Virus record (IMG/VR): IMGVR_UViG_3300043399_000272 | Span: 124,001 to 188,000 of that record | Direction: 5' to 3' (one strand) | DNA length: 64,000 nt | In this document: positions 1 to 10,689 of the stretch, piece after piece | Layout of the letters: every line of letters starts with the position of its first letter | How positions within the stretch are numbered: position 1 is the stretch's first letter | Notes under the pieces: model-generated | Databases searched by the model: none | Seen by the model: the letters and a program-made list of their open reading frames with translations, nothing else | Told to the model about the DNA's origin: nothing | Made by a program: the position numbers and the translations under genes

Positions 1-2
1 AA

Positions 3-3000
3 ACTAACAATTACGCAAATGTGCCATTTGCTAAATCAGGAGGAATGATAACAGAAACATTTGGAACAAGTGTTGCGTATATTCCTGACTTTGGATATCT
101 AGTAGGTGATAGTGCTGCTGGAAAAGTTTATGTGTTTGTACAGGCTGATAACGGAAGTTTCTTCTTAAAAGATACTATGTCATATCCTGGTACTACATTT
201 GGCACAGTAATTGCATACAGTGAACAATTGGTTGTAATTACTGCACCGGGTCCAGCCCTAGGGATCAGTCAAATTTATATTTACAGAATACCAACTACCA
301 ACAGTATCAATGGTTTGACACTACAACAAGTAATTACATTTGGTGGCACTATAGGTAAGAGTGTAACTATCTCACAAGATAGTAACTTATTGTATTTAGG
401 AAGTGAAGATAACAACCTAGTTGTAATATTCCAATTAGATCGTGTTCCAACTCACACTGGTTCAGGACTTAGTTTAGCGGCGGCTACTCAGGTCAGAAGC
501 AAACAGTTTATATGTTCCGGTAATGTAGGTAACTTAATAACTGAAGGACAGCGTGTAAGTTTCTCAACAGCTTATACTAATTTAGGAGTAACAACTTATT
601 ACCCTATAACTGAATTCATGAATGAATTTAAAGTCTTGGGTAACCAAACAGGATTATTATCCTATGGTGATCAAGTGACGTTTAATACATCTGGAACCGG
701 TAGCACAATTGCATACACAATTGGTTCTTTCTATGTTGATGAAGGTCTAACATTAAATATCACCGGCGCTGCAGGCAATGGCACCTTTGCTGCGGTATCT
801 TATGCAGCACAAGCAGTTGCACCTTTCCAAATAGGAGAGAAAATTATAATCTCCGGTATGACACCGGCAGCGTACAATGGAACTCATACCGTAGTAGCTT
901 GTACTACAACTCAAGTCACCTTTGCATCAACTGCGACTGGACCAATGACAGTTGCAGGCACGGTGTCAGCACCTACAATAACTGTATTCAGTACTATAGA
1001 AAACTTTGCTACAGGAACTAATATTAATGTAGGTAACCCAATTTACAAGATTACTTTTAGCCAAGATGATGTGCATACTGTTGTAACGAGCACCTATAAT
1101 TCGTCTACAAATAAAACTACTTTCTTGTTGCAAGATGAAATTAGTTATTCTACTCCATCTGGATCTAATATCTTTATAGTGTCAGATGCATTTAGTATTG
1201 GTGGTATACTATCATCAGTATTAGCCGCAGAAGACGACAAGTATGGTTTTAGCCTAACTACCAATTACGATGGTAGTAAATTGTTTGTTGGAGCACCGTA
1301 CACTGATTTTAGCGAAAGTCTAACAGATACAGGTGTCGTGTTCGCATATGACAGATTGATCATAAATGTAGAAGTACAGTATGATCAAAAAGAAGGTCAA
1401 CCATTCGTTATTCGTCCTCCATTCACACCTACAGACCAAACTAGAGTACTGTTAAACGGTGTATTGTTACAGAGTAATCAATATATTGTTATATTTGGTG
1501 TAATATTTATTGATGATATTGGAATGGTTGCAGGAGATATCTTAACAGTTAACAGCATTAATTTTGTGCTAACATCACAATTGTTCAGCCAAGACAATTT
1601 AAGTGATTTGCGTCAAGGTGAGTTGTTCGGGTACAGTCTTTCTTCTAACAAGTATGGTAGTGAGTTATTAGTGGGTGTACCGTTCGATGTGTCGAATAAT
1701 ACACAAAAAGAGGGTTCTGTAATACGTTTTACAAATGCAGGAAAGCGTTTTGGAAGAATACAAGGTGTAATAGAATGCAACCTATATGAACCGACTTACT
1801 TATTACTAAACGGTCAGATTGTTAATGCATTCTCTGAAACACCATTGCTAGCTACTATAAGTACAGGTGCAACAACATGTACTATTAGTGCATTAGCAGC
1901 CTCATACTTACCTAACTCAGGTGTTATCTCGTTTACGAATACGTTAACTGGTAGCATACAGTCAATTGCTTATACTAGTGTAAACGCTACAACAGGTGTA
2001 ATAACATTTGCAGTTCCGCTACCAACTAAGAATGGGTCTTCTCAAACATTTACTGCCGGAACAACTACAGTTACATTGCCATTAGGTAACGCAGCAAATG
2101 TTGCGAATGCAATTAACAATACAAATATTGATAATATCAGAGCATTCTCAACTGAAGATAACAGACTACAAATTTTCTTATTAAAGAACAATTTAGGTCA
2201 ATCTAATAACAAATTGAATTTAGGTGTGTTTAATGGTAACTTCTTAACAATGTTAGGTGTTATAGATTATGTTAAGTCACAGGTCATTCAAGACCCACAT
2301 GCACAGACACATACTCAATTTGGTTATTCTGTAAAATTTAACCAAGAAGACTCGTTTGTTGTAGGAGCTCCATCTAGTGATAGATATAATTCCACTACGT
2401 TCGATGAGCAGTATGAGGACACACATAAAAACACTGTCTTTGATAATGACTTAACTATCTTTGAAGATCGTGCATTTAATGCAGGTAGTGTCTACATGTA
2501 TGATTATATTGTTTCATACGATGAGAGTCTCACCAATATCGGAAATTACATTTATGCACAATCATGCAATTACACAACTAATGATTATGGTTCTTTCCCA
2601 TACTATGGACAAGTTGTAGATTACAATGATGGTGTTGTTATGGTCGGCGCCCCACAGTTTAAACCGGGTGTTGAAAATGGACAAACTTGGATATTCGCTA
2701 ATGACTCTATGGAACCAAATTGGCACCCATATAGAGAAAGCGATCCAATCGTTAACACAGAAAAGATTCAAAAAGCACAACTGTATGACAACGTAACTAA
2801 CGAAACTCTTGTCTCTTTAGATTACATTGATCCGTTACAAGGAAAGTTATTAGGAGTAGTAGGAGAAAACTTAGATTTTGTTTCCACGACTGATCCTGCA
2901 AACTACACAGCGGTTGACATAAACAATGGAAGTGCAACTTGGTCATGGGCACAAGTAGGTAAACTATGGTTTGATACAAGCACTACTAAGTTCTTAAATT

Positions 3001-6000
3001 ACCATCAGAACGATGTTACGTATAATAGTGAATATTGGGGTTCTGTATTCCCTGGTAGTACCGTTACTGTCTACACTTGGATCGAAAGTTTAGTATTACC
3101 GGTATTGTATGAGGGACCGGGGACAGTCTATGATTCTGGTAAGTACTCAACTGTTTATGTAACTGATAGCAATGATAACTTAGTTCCTAAATATTACTTC
3201 TGGGTAAGAGGAACTAACCAGTTATTTACTGCTGCTGGCAAAACATTGACTGACTCTATCATTGAACAGTATATTGCTAATCCTAAGAATTCAGGTATTG
3301 CATTCGTTGCTCCACTAAGACCTAATACATATGCTTTCTATAACTCTAAAGAGTATATTAATAATAAAACTACAAACTTCCACTTAGGATACAGTAGTAG
3401 TGACAACGACAATACAGGTCATCAAGAATTCCAACTAATACGCACAAACTTTACTGATGATTTCTTGTATGGGTTTGTAAACACTAGCAAAGGATATGCT
3501 GTACCCACTAGTTTATATGACAAATATATCGATAGCTTCTCAGGCACAGATGAGATGGGTGCACCTGTTCCCGATATCACTTTACCTAAGTTGATGCAAT
3601 CAGGTGTTAGTGTAAGACCTAGACAAAGTTTTTACTATAATAGGCTATTAGCTCTACAAAATTACTTAGAGTATGCTAACAACGTAGTTAAGCAATATCC
3701 CATAAATGAGATGGGAAATATTACTTTCTTGTATGCACAGGGAGAATTCTATAACACACCTAACTATTGGGAAAATATTTATTGGTGGGCAGAAGGATAT
3801 AGTAATACTACGAAGGCAAGGTTCGAAGTACCGATTTATAGTGATCTATTAACACTAACTCCTACAGAGGGATTAATAGTAGGTGTTGCTCAAAATCCGC
3901 AAGGCAAGAGAGAAGTATATGTATATCGTGAGTCTAAGTGGTCTAGAATCGGTCTTGAAGATGGTACTATACAATTCTTAGATTCTTTGTGGGATTACAG
4001 TAGCAATCAAATTGGGTTTGGTGAGAATTTCTTTGACAACACCCCATATGATTCATATCCTTCAGTTGAAACTCGCTATATCATTCGAGCACTTAACGAA
4101 CAAATTTATGTTGGATCCCTACAACAACATAGAAATAATAGTTTAACCTTAATGTTTGAATATATTCAAAGTGAAAGTGTAGAAAACCAAAACTATTTAC
4201 CATGGCTAACAAAAACCAGCTTTGTTGATGTTCATTATACCGTTAGAGAACTCACTGAAAATGAAAAATTCCAGAGAGATAATCAAACTTTATTAGAAGG
4301 ATACATCAATGAACTTAAGCCGTACAGAGTTGTATTAAAAGATTTCTACTTAAAGTATAGTAAGACTGATTTATACGCAGGAGAGATAACAGACTTCGAT
4401 TTACCTGCAGTTTGGAATGACACTATAGGTAGATTTGTTTCACCACAGTTGACATTTAACCAAGATAACGGTCCTTATAAATTTGGCGTAGAGAATAATA
4501 TTTGGAACGAATATCAGTACAGCGATTGGTTCAATAATTACGGTACTATATTCTCAGAAATTAGTAACACGTTAGTTACCGAATTATCTGAATTTATTAG
4601 TAGCACACAAACTTACTTGTATGTTAAAAACTCTAATAGTTTACCGGTAACTGGTGTTATAAGAATAGGTGAAGAAAAAATTTCTTACGGTGGTATTTCT
4701 CAACTTGAAGGTAAACTAACTGGATTAATAAGAGGGTTTGATGATACAGTGTCCAGCTCACATACTGCTAATGCGTCGGTATATATGGATGTTCCTGCAG
4801 TTGTAGTACTTGATGCTGGTAGAGACTATGCTAGTACACCTAACGTCATTGCTTATGTTGATTTGAGTAAATATCCTCCACCAAAGAGAGAAGCTAGATT
4901 GCAAGCTGTTATGGCAGTAGACAAAGTAGCTTCAATAACTGTTGTAGATCCAGGTGAAGGTTACGTAACTACCCCATCTATTGTTATAGAATCAAGTGTG
5001 GAATATACTTCTACCAAAGACGCTATCAACTTTGTTTCTAATTTGGTTCAAGTAGAAACTACTGATCTTGCTACCGGTGAGTTAGTATATGTTTCTAGCA
5101 GTGCAGATAATGGAAGTAAGAAAATTATACCTGATGGATATTACTATATTAATGTAATTGAAATTTCATTGCTATCAGTAACAGGTACGTCCTTAGTCAG
5201 TTTCTATACCACTTTAGCAGATAGTATTAAGGGTATAAATCGAGTAGACTTTACAAACTCTGAATATATAAGTAATTCCTATACTATCACGGTGGGAATT
5301 CGAGCAAGAGCTAGAGCCACAATGGATAGCTTACAAGTTCGCTCATTAAAGCCAACTCTACGATTCGATAGAACTAGCTATCGTCCTATGATAACTCCAT
5401 GGACACCTAACGAGTATTATTCTAGTCAATATATTAGTTATGGTAATGATGCTAGTTCCCCAATCAAATTGTATGACAGTTTGGTTTATGAAAATGTATC
5501 GGGAACGGTTTCCCCTGCAGGCGGAACAGGTGCTACATTTACTGTATATGTAGTAGTTACTGGTGTCGAGTACAACGTTTCAGTAGAAGACTTGGGACAA
5601 GATTATGATATAGGTGACGTAATCACTATCTTAGGAACTTCTTTGGGCGGAACTACTTCAAATAATTGCATTATTACAGTAGATGCAGTTGACGGTGACG
5701 GTGGTATAACTGATGTAAGTGTATCCGGCACACCATTCATCTCAACTGAAGGGATTTACATTAATCCTAGTTATGCAAGTTTACAAGGTGCATTGTTACC
5801 AGTAACTGATTTGTCTAGTGTTGATGGTTCTGCAGTGGTTACAGTTGATTTAAACTACAGCGGATTAAAGCCAGGCCAAATTAATAATACTTATATGTAT
5901 TTCTTCACTGAGCCAACTGAAGCTAACCAAGGTATTTATGTTTACGATGATAGTTTATCAGGCGGTGCTGTGATTAGAATCAGTCGTCCTAAATTTAACC

Positions 6001-9000
6001 CTTCTGACCTCAGTAATCTATATGAAATATTGATCGAAGATGCTGGCTTAGGATACGCTGAGGGCAATGAAATTAGAATATCCGGAAGTTTATTAGGTGG
6101 ACAGAATGGTATTAACGATGCGATTATTGTTATTACCAAAGTAAACCCTGATACTTCTATTTTCTCAGCAACTATTTCAGGCACTGCGAATGGTGATTTT
6201 GGACGTTATTATGTAAGAGTAAATTCATACGACTCCGCATTGAACCAGTGTGAAATGTCAATATTCTCTGATCAAAATTTACTAATTCCTGTTTCTTATG
6301 CATCATTCATTTGGAACGGAACTAATACAAGTTACGGATACTTACCAGAACAAATAGTAGACAATTACACATTTAATTATAACGTTGGTTCTGTTGTATC
6401 TTATGCGGGATATGTGTGGAAATGTATCAACGCAAATAATGATAGTGAATTCAACGTCAATAACTGGATAATTATATCCAGTGACAATTACATCTTAAAT
6501 GCGCTTGATAGAATTGAAGCATACTATGAGCCTACTATCAATATGCCAGGAAAAGATCCTCAGCAATTGATGAAGGGTATATCATATCCTAATAACACTT
6601 ATCTAGGTAATAAGTTTGCTCCTGAAGATGAAATCCCATTAGATTTCATCTTACGAAATAATACGTTCTACCCTAGAACTATTAACATCAAGGGAGTCGT
6701 ATTCAATGGTAATACTGTTGTTGCAGTCGGTGACTCAACCTCTGGAAGCTCTGTATTAATATACGACAATGAAACGTCCTTGTTCTCTAACTATAATATT
6801 TCTGAAGTATCTTTGGGAATAACAGATTTATCATTCTCTAATGGTAGATATGTGTTGACTACAACAAATCAAAATCAATCAGTGTGGATCAGTGATGATG
6901 CAGTTAACTGGTTCACAGTTGGTACATATAGTCCTTATGATTTTATGGATTATGATGAATTACAATATGATTCTTCTGGTTTGGTCGTAGAAAGTTATCC
7001 TAAGAACGGCGCGCTTGCTGCCGATGAATTCTCACTAGTTACAGGAAATCAATCTATTTCTAAATCTACTGATGAAGTAGTTTGGGAAGAAATATTCAAC
7101 ATTCAATCTAACTTAAATCAGATACTAAAAGATATTATCTATGTAGATATTTCAGCATTCACTGGCTACATGGCATTTGGTGTCGGAGAAGAAGTTACAT
7201 CTGGTGCAGGTACTGCTGCACCAGTGATAAGTAGTTGTTCCTTAATTTACACAAGTGATGACACTACTGTTTGGACAAAGCAAACTCCTACACTAAGTAC
7301 ATTGGGTATTTACGGTGCGGTTGCAACTACCACGTCTGTTATAGTAGTGGGAGAATCAGGGTTAATATACTCAACAACAAATATGTCTACATGGACCGCG
7401 GGAGTAATTTCAGGGTCACCCGTGACTACAAATATAAATTCTGTTGCATTTGGTAACGGTGTCTTTGTTGCAGTAGGAGATAAAACAGGTACAAGTTCTA
7501 CTGATCCTGGATTAATATTACGTTCTACTAACGGCACAACTTGGACACAAGTTTCCAGTGTATTCTTTACGAATAACAACCTAAACAAGGTTACTTATGG
7601 TGAAGATGGATACTTCTATGCTGCAGGTGAAAACGCAACAATACTAAGAAGTTTGAATGGGTCAAATTGGGAAAACATGTCTAATATTCAAGTTGACGAT
7701 CCTTACTATATTGTACAAGGTAATGACTTCTTGTTTGGTTACGGCCCTGAAGAATTAGTCCCTGGAATAGTAACAGACACGTTATCTATGTATGTAAGAA
7801 GTGCACCTGGTGCATATTGGGACTTGGATACCGTCACTACTATAAATCCAGATGTTCCGTATTGGTACAAGCACACTGGATTTAACATGCAGACAGTCGT
7901 TGCTAAACCTGACAATGACAATGTTGTTAGTTTTGCAGGTTTAGTAGTAAACCCAATGACATTGAGCGTATTCGTCATAGATGATGAAACTCAATTAGGT
8001 ACTAGAATTTATACTGACCTAAGTTCTAATACACCGGTCACAACCAGTAGTAATCCTATAGGATACTCTATTGACTGGATAACAGAGACAATTACATTGT
8101 CTGGCGCAATTTCTGCCACTGAATCTATCATGATTGAAGTTTATGAAGTTGGTAATGGTCAAGAACTCGTGAGAGCGAATTCTAAGATTTACCCAATGAA
8201 GACAGATGGAAATGGAAAAACTATTATTGTATTTGAACAGTTGTACCAAGAAATCGTAGCAGATCCTGTAGTATTTGTTAATGGTGTAAAATTTGAATAT
8301 GTTACTACATTTACGGATACAAACCAATTTACTGTAACAAACACATCTGAAAACTTCTTGATGTTGCAGTTTAATACCGCGCTCTCATCAGAAACTGACT
8401 ATGTAGTGTATGCAATATTGGCAACAGGTTCTACTCTCAGAAACCGTAATCAAGTATTAAACTATAGTATTCCAGAAACACAAGTTTATGTACCTACAGG
8501 AACTGAGACAACGATTGATTTAGATTTTGATATATCGATCGGCACCAATGAAGACAATGCAATTGTTGAAGTTAATGGTGAACGCCTAATACCAGTCACT
8601 GAATATTCATTTAACACATCAACTAATCAACTTGTTTTAGTAAATTCAGTCACTAGTGACGATATTGTAGCCATTACTACTTACAATGATACTTCTAGAC
8701 AATGGTTAGTAACTGATACCTACACTGGCATTTCAGTGTACCCTATAAGTTATATAGATACTTCATTGGCTGTAGCGACAATTACATTTGAAACTGATCC
8801 AGCATATAGTTCAGGGACAATGGTGTATATTAATGGCACTAACGGAACTGTAGAACTAAATAGAAACGCTTATTATGTAAAACCAGTTGAAGTGGATAGT
8901 GTCTATTATTATGAAATATACACCGATGCTGATTTATACTATCCAGTTACTGGTCACGATATCGGCACGTATACTGGTGGTGGTGTAGCAAGTGAAAGTA

Positions 9001-9878
9001 CATTCTCAGTACCCTACCCAGATGTTCCGTTCGGAATGGATCCAATGACATATACTGAAGGAAGTAGAACATGGATCACTGTAAATAGCAAGAGAATAGA
9101 CCCTTCACTTGTAATTTTTGGTGAGAATAATCAGTTGAGTATAATCAGTGATATTTCTAGCAGTGACCAGGTAGTAATAACTGCTATGGTTACAGGAGCA
9201 AGTCCAAACCCAATGACGTTTGATATTAACATCAATAAGTATTCAACTCCGGTGGCATATAGAACTAACTTGCAAGATGGTTCTTGGTTAACTGAAGAAT
9301 TTACAGGTGAAACGGATTATATGACGTTCTTTAACGTAAGCAACTTAGTAGAATCTATTTCTAAGACACTAACCGTAATTGCAAATGGTACAGAGTTATA
9401 TACATTATTGCAAGTTAATATCAACCAGATTAAGGAAGTTATTGTATATAATAATACTACTCTTACTACACTAAGCAGTAATGATTTCACTTTGAGCTTG
9501 ATTTCAGGCGCAAGTGGGTTGACATTCACAAACGGTGCAGAAGAAGGTGACTCAATAACAGTAACGTTAATATTGGGAGACACTGTAGAAATTAACGGAG
9601 AGCGTATTAGATTCAGTACAATTTCTATTGAAAATAATACTATTTCTGGATTGACTCGCGGTGTTGACGGAACACTAGTAGCTCCGGTTCATCCTCAATA
9701 TGCTATAGGATATGGTATCAACGATGCAAGAAGATTGACGCCTGAGCAATATAGTGTAGTTTGGGAAAGTACAGATATTGTATCTACTTCATATTATGAC
9801 GAGATTCCTAAAACAGATCCATTACAGATCAGTACAACGGAAATTGCTCAGTTTTTACAAAGTAGCGCATCAAATTGA
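3..9878 (+). CDS. Giant virion structural protein (baseplate/tail-associated), 5'-partial
   Basis: The frame is open to the window edge. It has FG-GAP-like repeats (FGYSL..GS.L.VG.P), Asp-box repeats (RSTNGTTW, RSLNGSNW) and a CBM-like YNVGSVVSYAGYVWKC. It is T/S/N-rich and followed by tail genes. Confidence 0.75.
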   Translation, partial: TNNYANVPFAKSGGMITETFGTSVAYIPDFGYLVGDSAAGKVYVFVQADNGSFFLKDTMSYPGTTFGTVIAYSEQLVVITAPGPALGISQIYIYRIPTTNSINGLTLQQVITFGGTIGKSVTISQDSNLLYLGSEDNNLVVIFQLDRVPTHTGSGLSLAAATQVRSKQFICSGNVGNLITEGQRVSFSTAYTNLGVTTYYPITEFMNEFKVLGNQTGLLSYGDQVTFNTSGTGSTIAYTIGSFYVDEGLTLNITGAAGNGTFAAVSYAAQAVAPFQIGEKIIISGMTPAAYNGTHTVVACTTTQVTFASTATGPMTVAGTVSAPTITVFSTIENFATGTNINVGNPIYKITFSQDDVHTVVTSTYNSSTNKTTFLLQDEISYSTPSGSNIFIVSDAFSIGGILSSVLAAEDDKYGFSLTTNYDGSKLFVGAPYTDFSESLTDTGVVFAYDRLIINVEVQYDQKEGQPFVIRPPFTPTDQTRVLLNGVLLQSNQYIVIFGVIFIDDIGMVAGDILTVNSINFVLTSQLFSQDNLSDLRQGELFGYSLSSNKYGSELLVGVPFDVSNNTQKEGSVIRFTNAGKRFGRIQGVIECNLYEPTYLLLNGQIVNAFSETPLLATISTGATTCTISALAASYLPNSGVISFTNTLTGSIQSIAYTSVNATTGVITFAVPLPTKNGSSQTFTAGTTTVTLPLGNAANVANAINNTNIDNIRAFSTEDNRLQIFLLKNNLGQSNNKLNLGVFNGNFLTMLGVIDYVKSQVIQDPHAQTHTQFGYSVKFNQEDSFVVGAPSSDRYNSTTFDEQYEDTHKNTVFDNDLTIFEDRAFNAGSVYMYDYIVSYDESLTNIGNYIYAQSCNYTTNDYGSFPYYGQVVDYNDGVVMVGAPQFKPGVENGQTWIFANDSMEPNWHPYRESDPIVNTEKIQKAQLYDNVTNETLVSLDYIDPLQGKLLGVVGENLDFVSTTDPANYTAVDINNGSATWSWAQVGKLWFDTSTTKFLNYHQNDVTYNSEYWGSVFPGSTVTVYTWIESLVLPVLYEGPGTVYDSGKYSTVYVTDSNDNLVPKYYFWVRGTNQLFTAAGKTLTDSIIEQYIANPKNSGIAFVAPLRPNTYAFYNSKEYINNKTTNFHLGYSSSDNDNTGHQEFQLIRTNFTDDFLYGFVNTSKGYAVPTSLYDKYIDSFSGTDEMGAPVPDITLPKLMQSGVSVRPRQSFYYNRLLALQNYLEYANNVVKQYPINEMGNITFLYAQGEFYNTPNYWENIYWWAEGYSNTTKARFEVPIYSDLLTLTPTEGLIVGVAQNPQGKREVYVYRESKWSRIGLEDGTIQFLDSLWDYSSNQIGFGENFFDNTPYDSYPSVETRYIIRALNEQIYVGSLQQHRNNSLTLMFEYIQSESVENQNYLPWLTKTSFVDVHYTVRELTENEKFQRDNQTLLEGYINELKPYRVVLKDFYLKYSKTDLYAGEITDFDLPAVWNDTIGRFVSPQLTFNQDNGPYKFGVENNIWNEYQYSDWFNNYGTIFSEISNTLVTELSEFISSTQTYLYVKNSNSLPVTGVIRIGEEKISYGGISQLEGKLTGLIRGFDDTVSSSHTANASVYMDVPAVVVLDAGRDYASTPNVIAYVDLSKYPPPKREARLQAVMAVDKVASITVVDPGEGYVTTPSIVIESSVEYTSTKDAINFVSNLVQVETTDLATGELVYVSSSADNGSKKIIPDGYYYINVIEISLLSVTGTSLVSFYTTLADSIKGINRVDFTNSEYISNSYTITVGIRARARATMDSLQVRSLKPTLRFDRTSYRPMITPWTPNEYYSSQYISYGNDASSPIKLYDSLVYENVSGTVSPAGGTGATFTVYVVVTGVEYNVSVEDLGQDYDIGDVITILGTSLGGTTSNNCIITVDAVDGDGGITDVSVSGTPFISTEGIYINPSYASLQGALLPVTDLSSVDGSAVVTVDLNYSGLKPGQINNTYMYFFTEPTEANQGIYVYDDSLSGGAVIRISRPKFNPSDLSNLYEILIEDAGLGYAEGNEIRISGSLLGGQNGINDAIIVITKVNPDTSIFSATISGTANGDFGRYYVRVNSYDSALNQCEMSIFSDQNLLIPVSYASFIWNGTNTSYGYLPEQIVDNYTFNYNVGSVVSYAGYVWKCINANNDSEFNVNNWIIISSDNYILNALDRIEAYYEPTINMPGKDPQQLMKGISYPNNTYLGNKFAPEDEIPLDFILRNNTFYPRTINIKGVVFNGNTVVAVGDSTSGSSVLIYDNETSLFSNYNISEVSLGITDLSFSNGRYVLTTTNQNQSVWISDDAVNWFTVGTYSPYDFMDYDELQYDSSGLVVESYPKNGALAADEFSLVTGNQSISKSTDEVVWEEIFNIQSNLNQILKDIIYVDISAFTGYMAFGVGEEVTSGAGTAAPVISSCSLIYTSDDTTVWTKQTPTLSTLGIYGAVATTTSVIVVGESGLIYSTTNMSTWTAGVISGSPVTTNINSVAFGNGVFVAVGDKTGTSSTDPGLILRSTNGTTWTQVSSVFFTNNNLNKVTYGEDGYFYAAGENATILRSLNGSNWENMSNIQVDDPYYIVQGNDFLFGYGPEELVPGIVTDTLSMYVRSAPGAYWDLDTVTTINPDVPYWYKHTGFNMQTVVAKPDNDNVVSFAGLVVNPMTLSVFVIDDETQLGTRIYTDLSSNTPVTTSSNPIGYSIDWITETITLSGAISATESIMIEVYEVGNGQELVRANSKIYPMKTDGNGKTIIVFEQLYQEIVADPVVFVNGVKFEYVTTFTDTNQFTVTNTSENFLMLQFNTALSSETDYVVYAILATGSTLRNRNQVLNYSIPETQVYVPTGTETTIDLDFDISIGTNEDNAIVEVNGERLIPVTEYSFNTSTNQLVLVNSVTSDDIVAITTYNDTSRQWLVTDTYTGISVYPISYIDTSLAVATITFETDPAYSSGTMVYINGTNGTVELNRNAYYVKPVEVDSVYYYEIYTDADLYYPVTGHDIGTYTGGGVASESTFSVPYPDVPFGMDPMTYTEGSRTWITVNSKRIDPSLVIFGENNQLSIISDISSSDQVVITAMVTGASPNPMTFDININKYSTPVAYRTNLQDGSWLTEEFTGETDYMTFFNVSNLVESISKTLTVIANGTELYTLLQVNINQIKEVIVYNNTTLTTLSSNDFTLSLISGASGLTFTNGAEEGDSITVTLILGDTVEINGERIRFSTISIENNTISGLTRGVDGTLVAPVHPQYAIGYGINDARRLTPEQYSVVWESTDIVSTSYYDEIPKTDPLQISTTEIAQFLQSSASN

Positions 9879-9894
9879 AGATAAATAAAATATT

Positions 9895-10041
9895 ATGAGT
9901 GAAAAACCTGAAAAAGAAGAACCCGTAAAAGAAGAAAAAAGGCCCGTAAATGAGCTTTCGGGCTTCTTTTTCAGTTCTGCTATCAAAATATACGACCCAA
10001 ATACAAAAGAAGTATTAGTACAACAACGAGGCGATAACTAA
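9895..10041 (+). CDS. 48-aa small protein resembling the N-terminus of the next gene
   Basis: MSEKPEKEEP...IKIYDPNTKEVLVQQRGDN; TAAATA at 9882-9887; TAATG overlap with the next ORF. Confidence 0.7.
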   Translation: MSEKPEKEEPVKEEKRPVNELSGFFFSSAIKIYDPNTKEVLVQQRGDN

Positions 10042-10661
10042 TGTCACAGACCATGATTCCGATTCAAATTGAAGGCTTTATTAAGATCCATGATCCTAAT
10101 ACAGGCGAAGTATTAGTGGACAAGAAAAATGCTATCCACTATGAAAATATTAGTGTAGCGATAGCACAAACACTAAGCAACCGAGGTTTTGGTGCTATTT
10201 ACAAAATGGCTTTTGGTAACGGTGGATCCAGCGTTGACTCAACTGGTATAATCACGTACTTGCCACCGAATACAACAGGTGAAAATGCTAGTTTATACAA
10301 TCAAACATATGCCAAAGTTGTCGATGATACAAACATTTTAAACTTTAATCCTACATTAAACAAGATGACAGTCGCACACTCTTCTGGTAAAGTTTATACT
10401 GATATTATTGTTCAATGTTTGTTAGATTACAATGAACCATCAGGACAAGACGCATTTGATAATGCAACATATTCAGATTCTACATTTGTGTTTGATGAAC
10501 TTGGTTTATTATCATATAACGGAACTGATAATGCTGGTGTAGAACTAACAAAATTGTTAACACATGTAATTTTTCACCCAGTTCAAAAGAGTTTGAATAG
10601 ACAAATACAAATTGACTACACAGTTAGAATTCAAAGTTTGACTAACTTAGTAACAGTATAA
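10041..10661 (+). CDS. Virion structural protein (tail/baseplate)
   Basis: MAFGNGG...FDELGL...IDYTVRI pattern typical of phage tail-associated proteins; structural context. Confidence 0.6.
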   Translation: MSQTMIPIQIEGFIKIHDPNTGEVLVDKKNAIHYENISVAIAQTLSNRGFGAIYKMAFGNGGSSVDSTGIITYLPPNTTGENASLYNQTYAKVVDDTNILNFNPTLNKMTVAHSSGKVYTDIIVQCLLDYNEPSGQDAFDNATYSDSTFVFDELGLLSYNGTDNAGVELTKLLTHVIFHPVQKSLNRQIQIDYTVRIQSLTNLVTV

Positions 10662-10689
10662 GATAAATATTTTATTAGCGGAGCAATAA

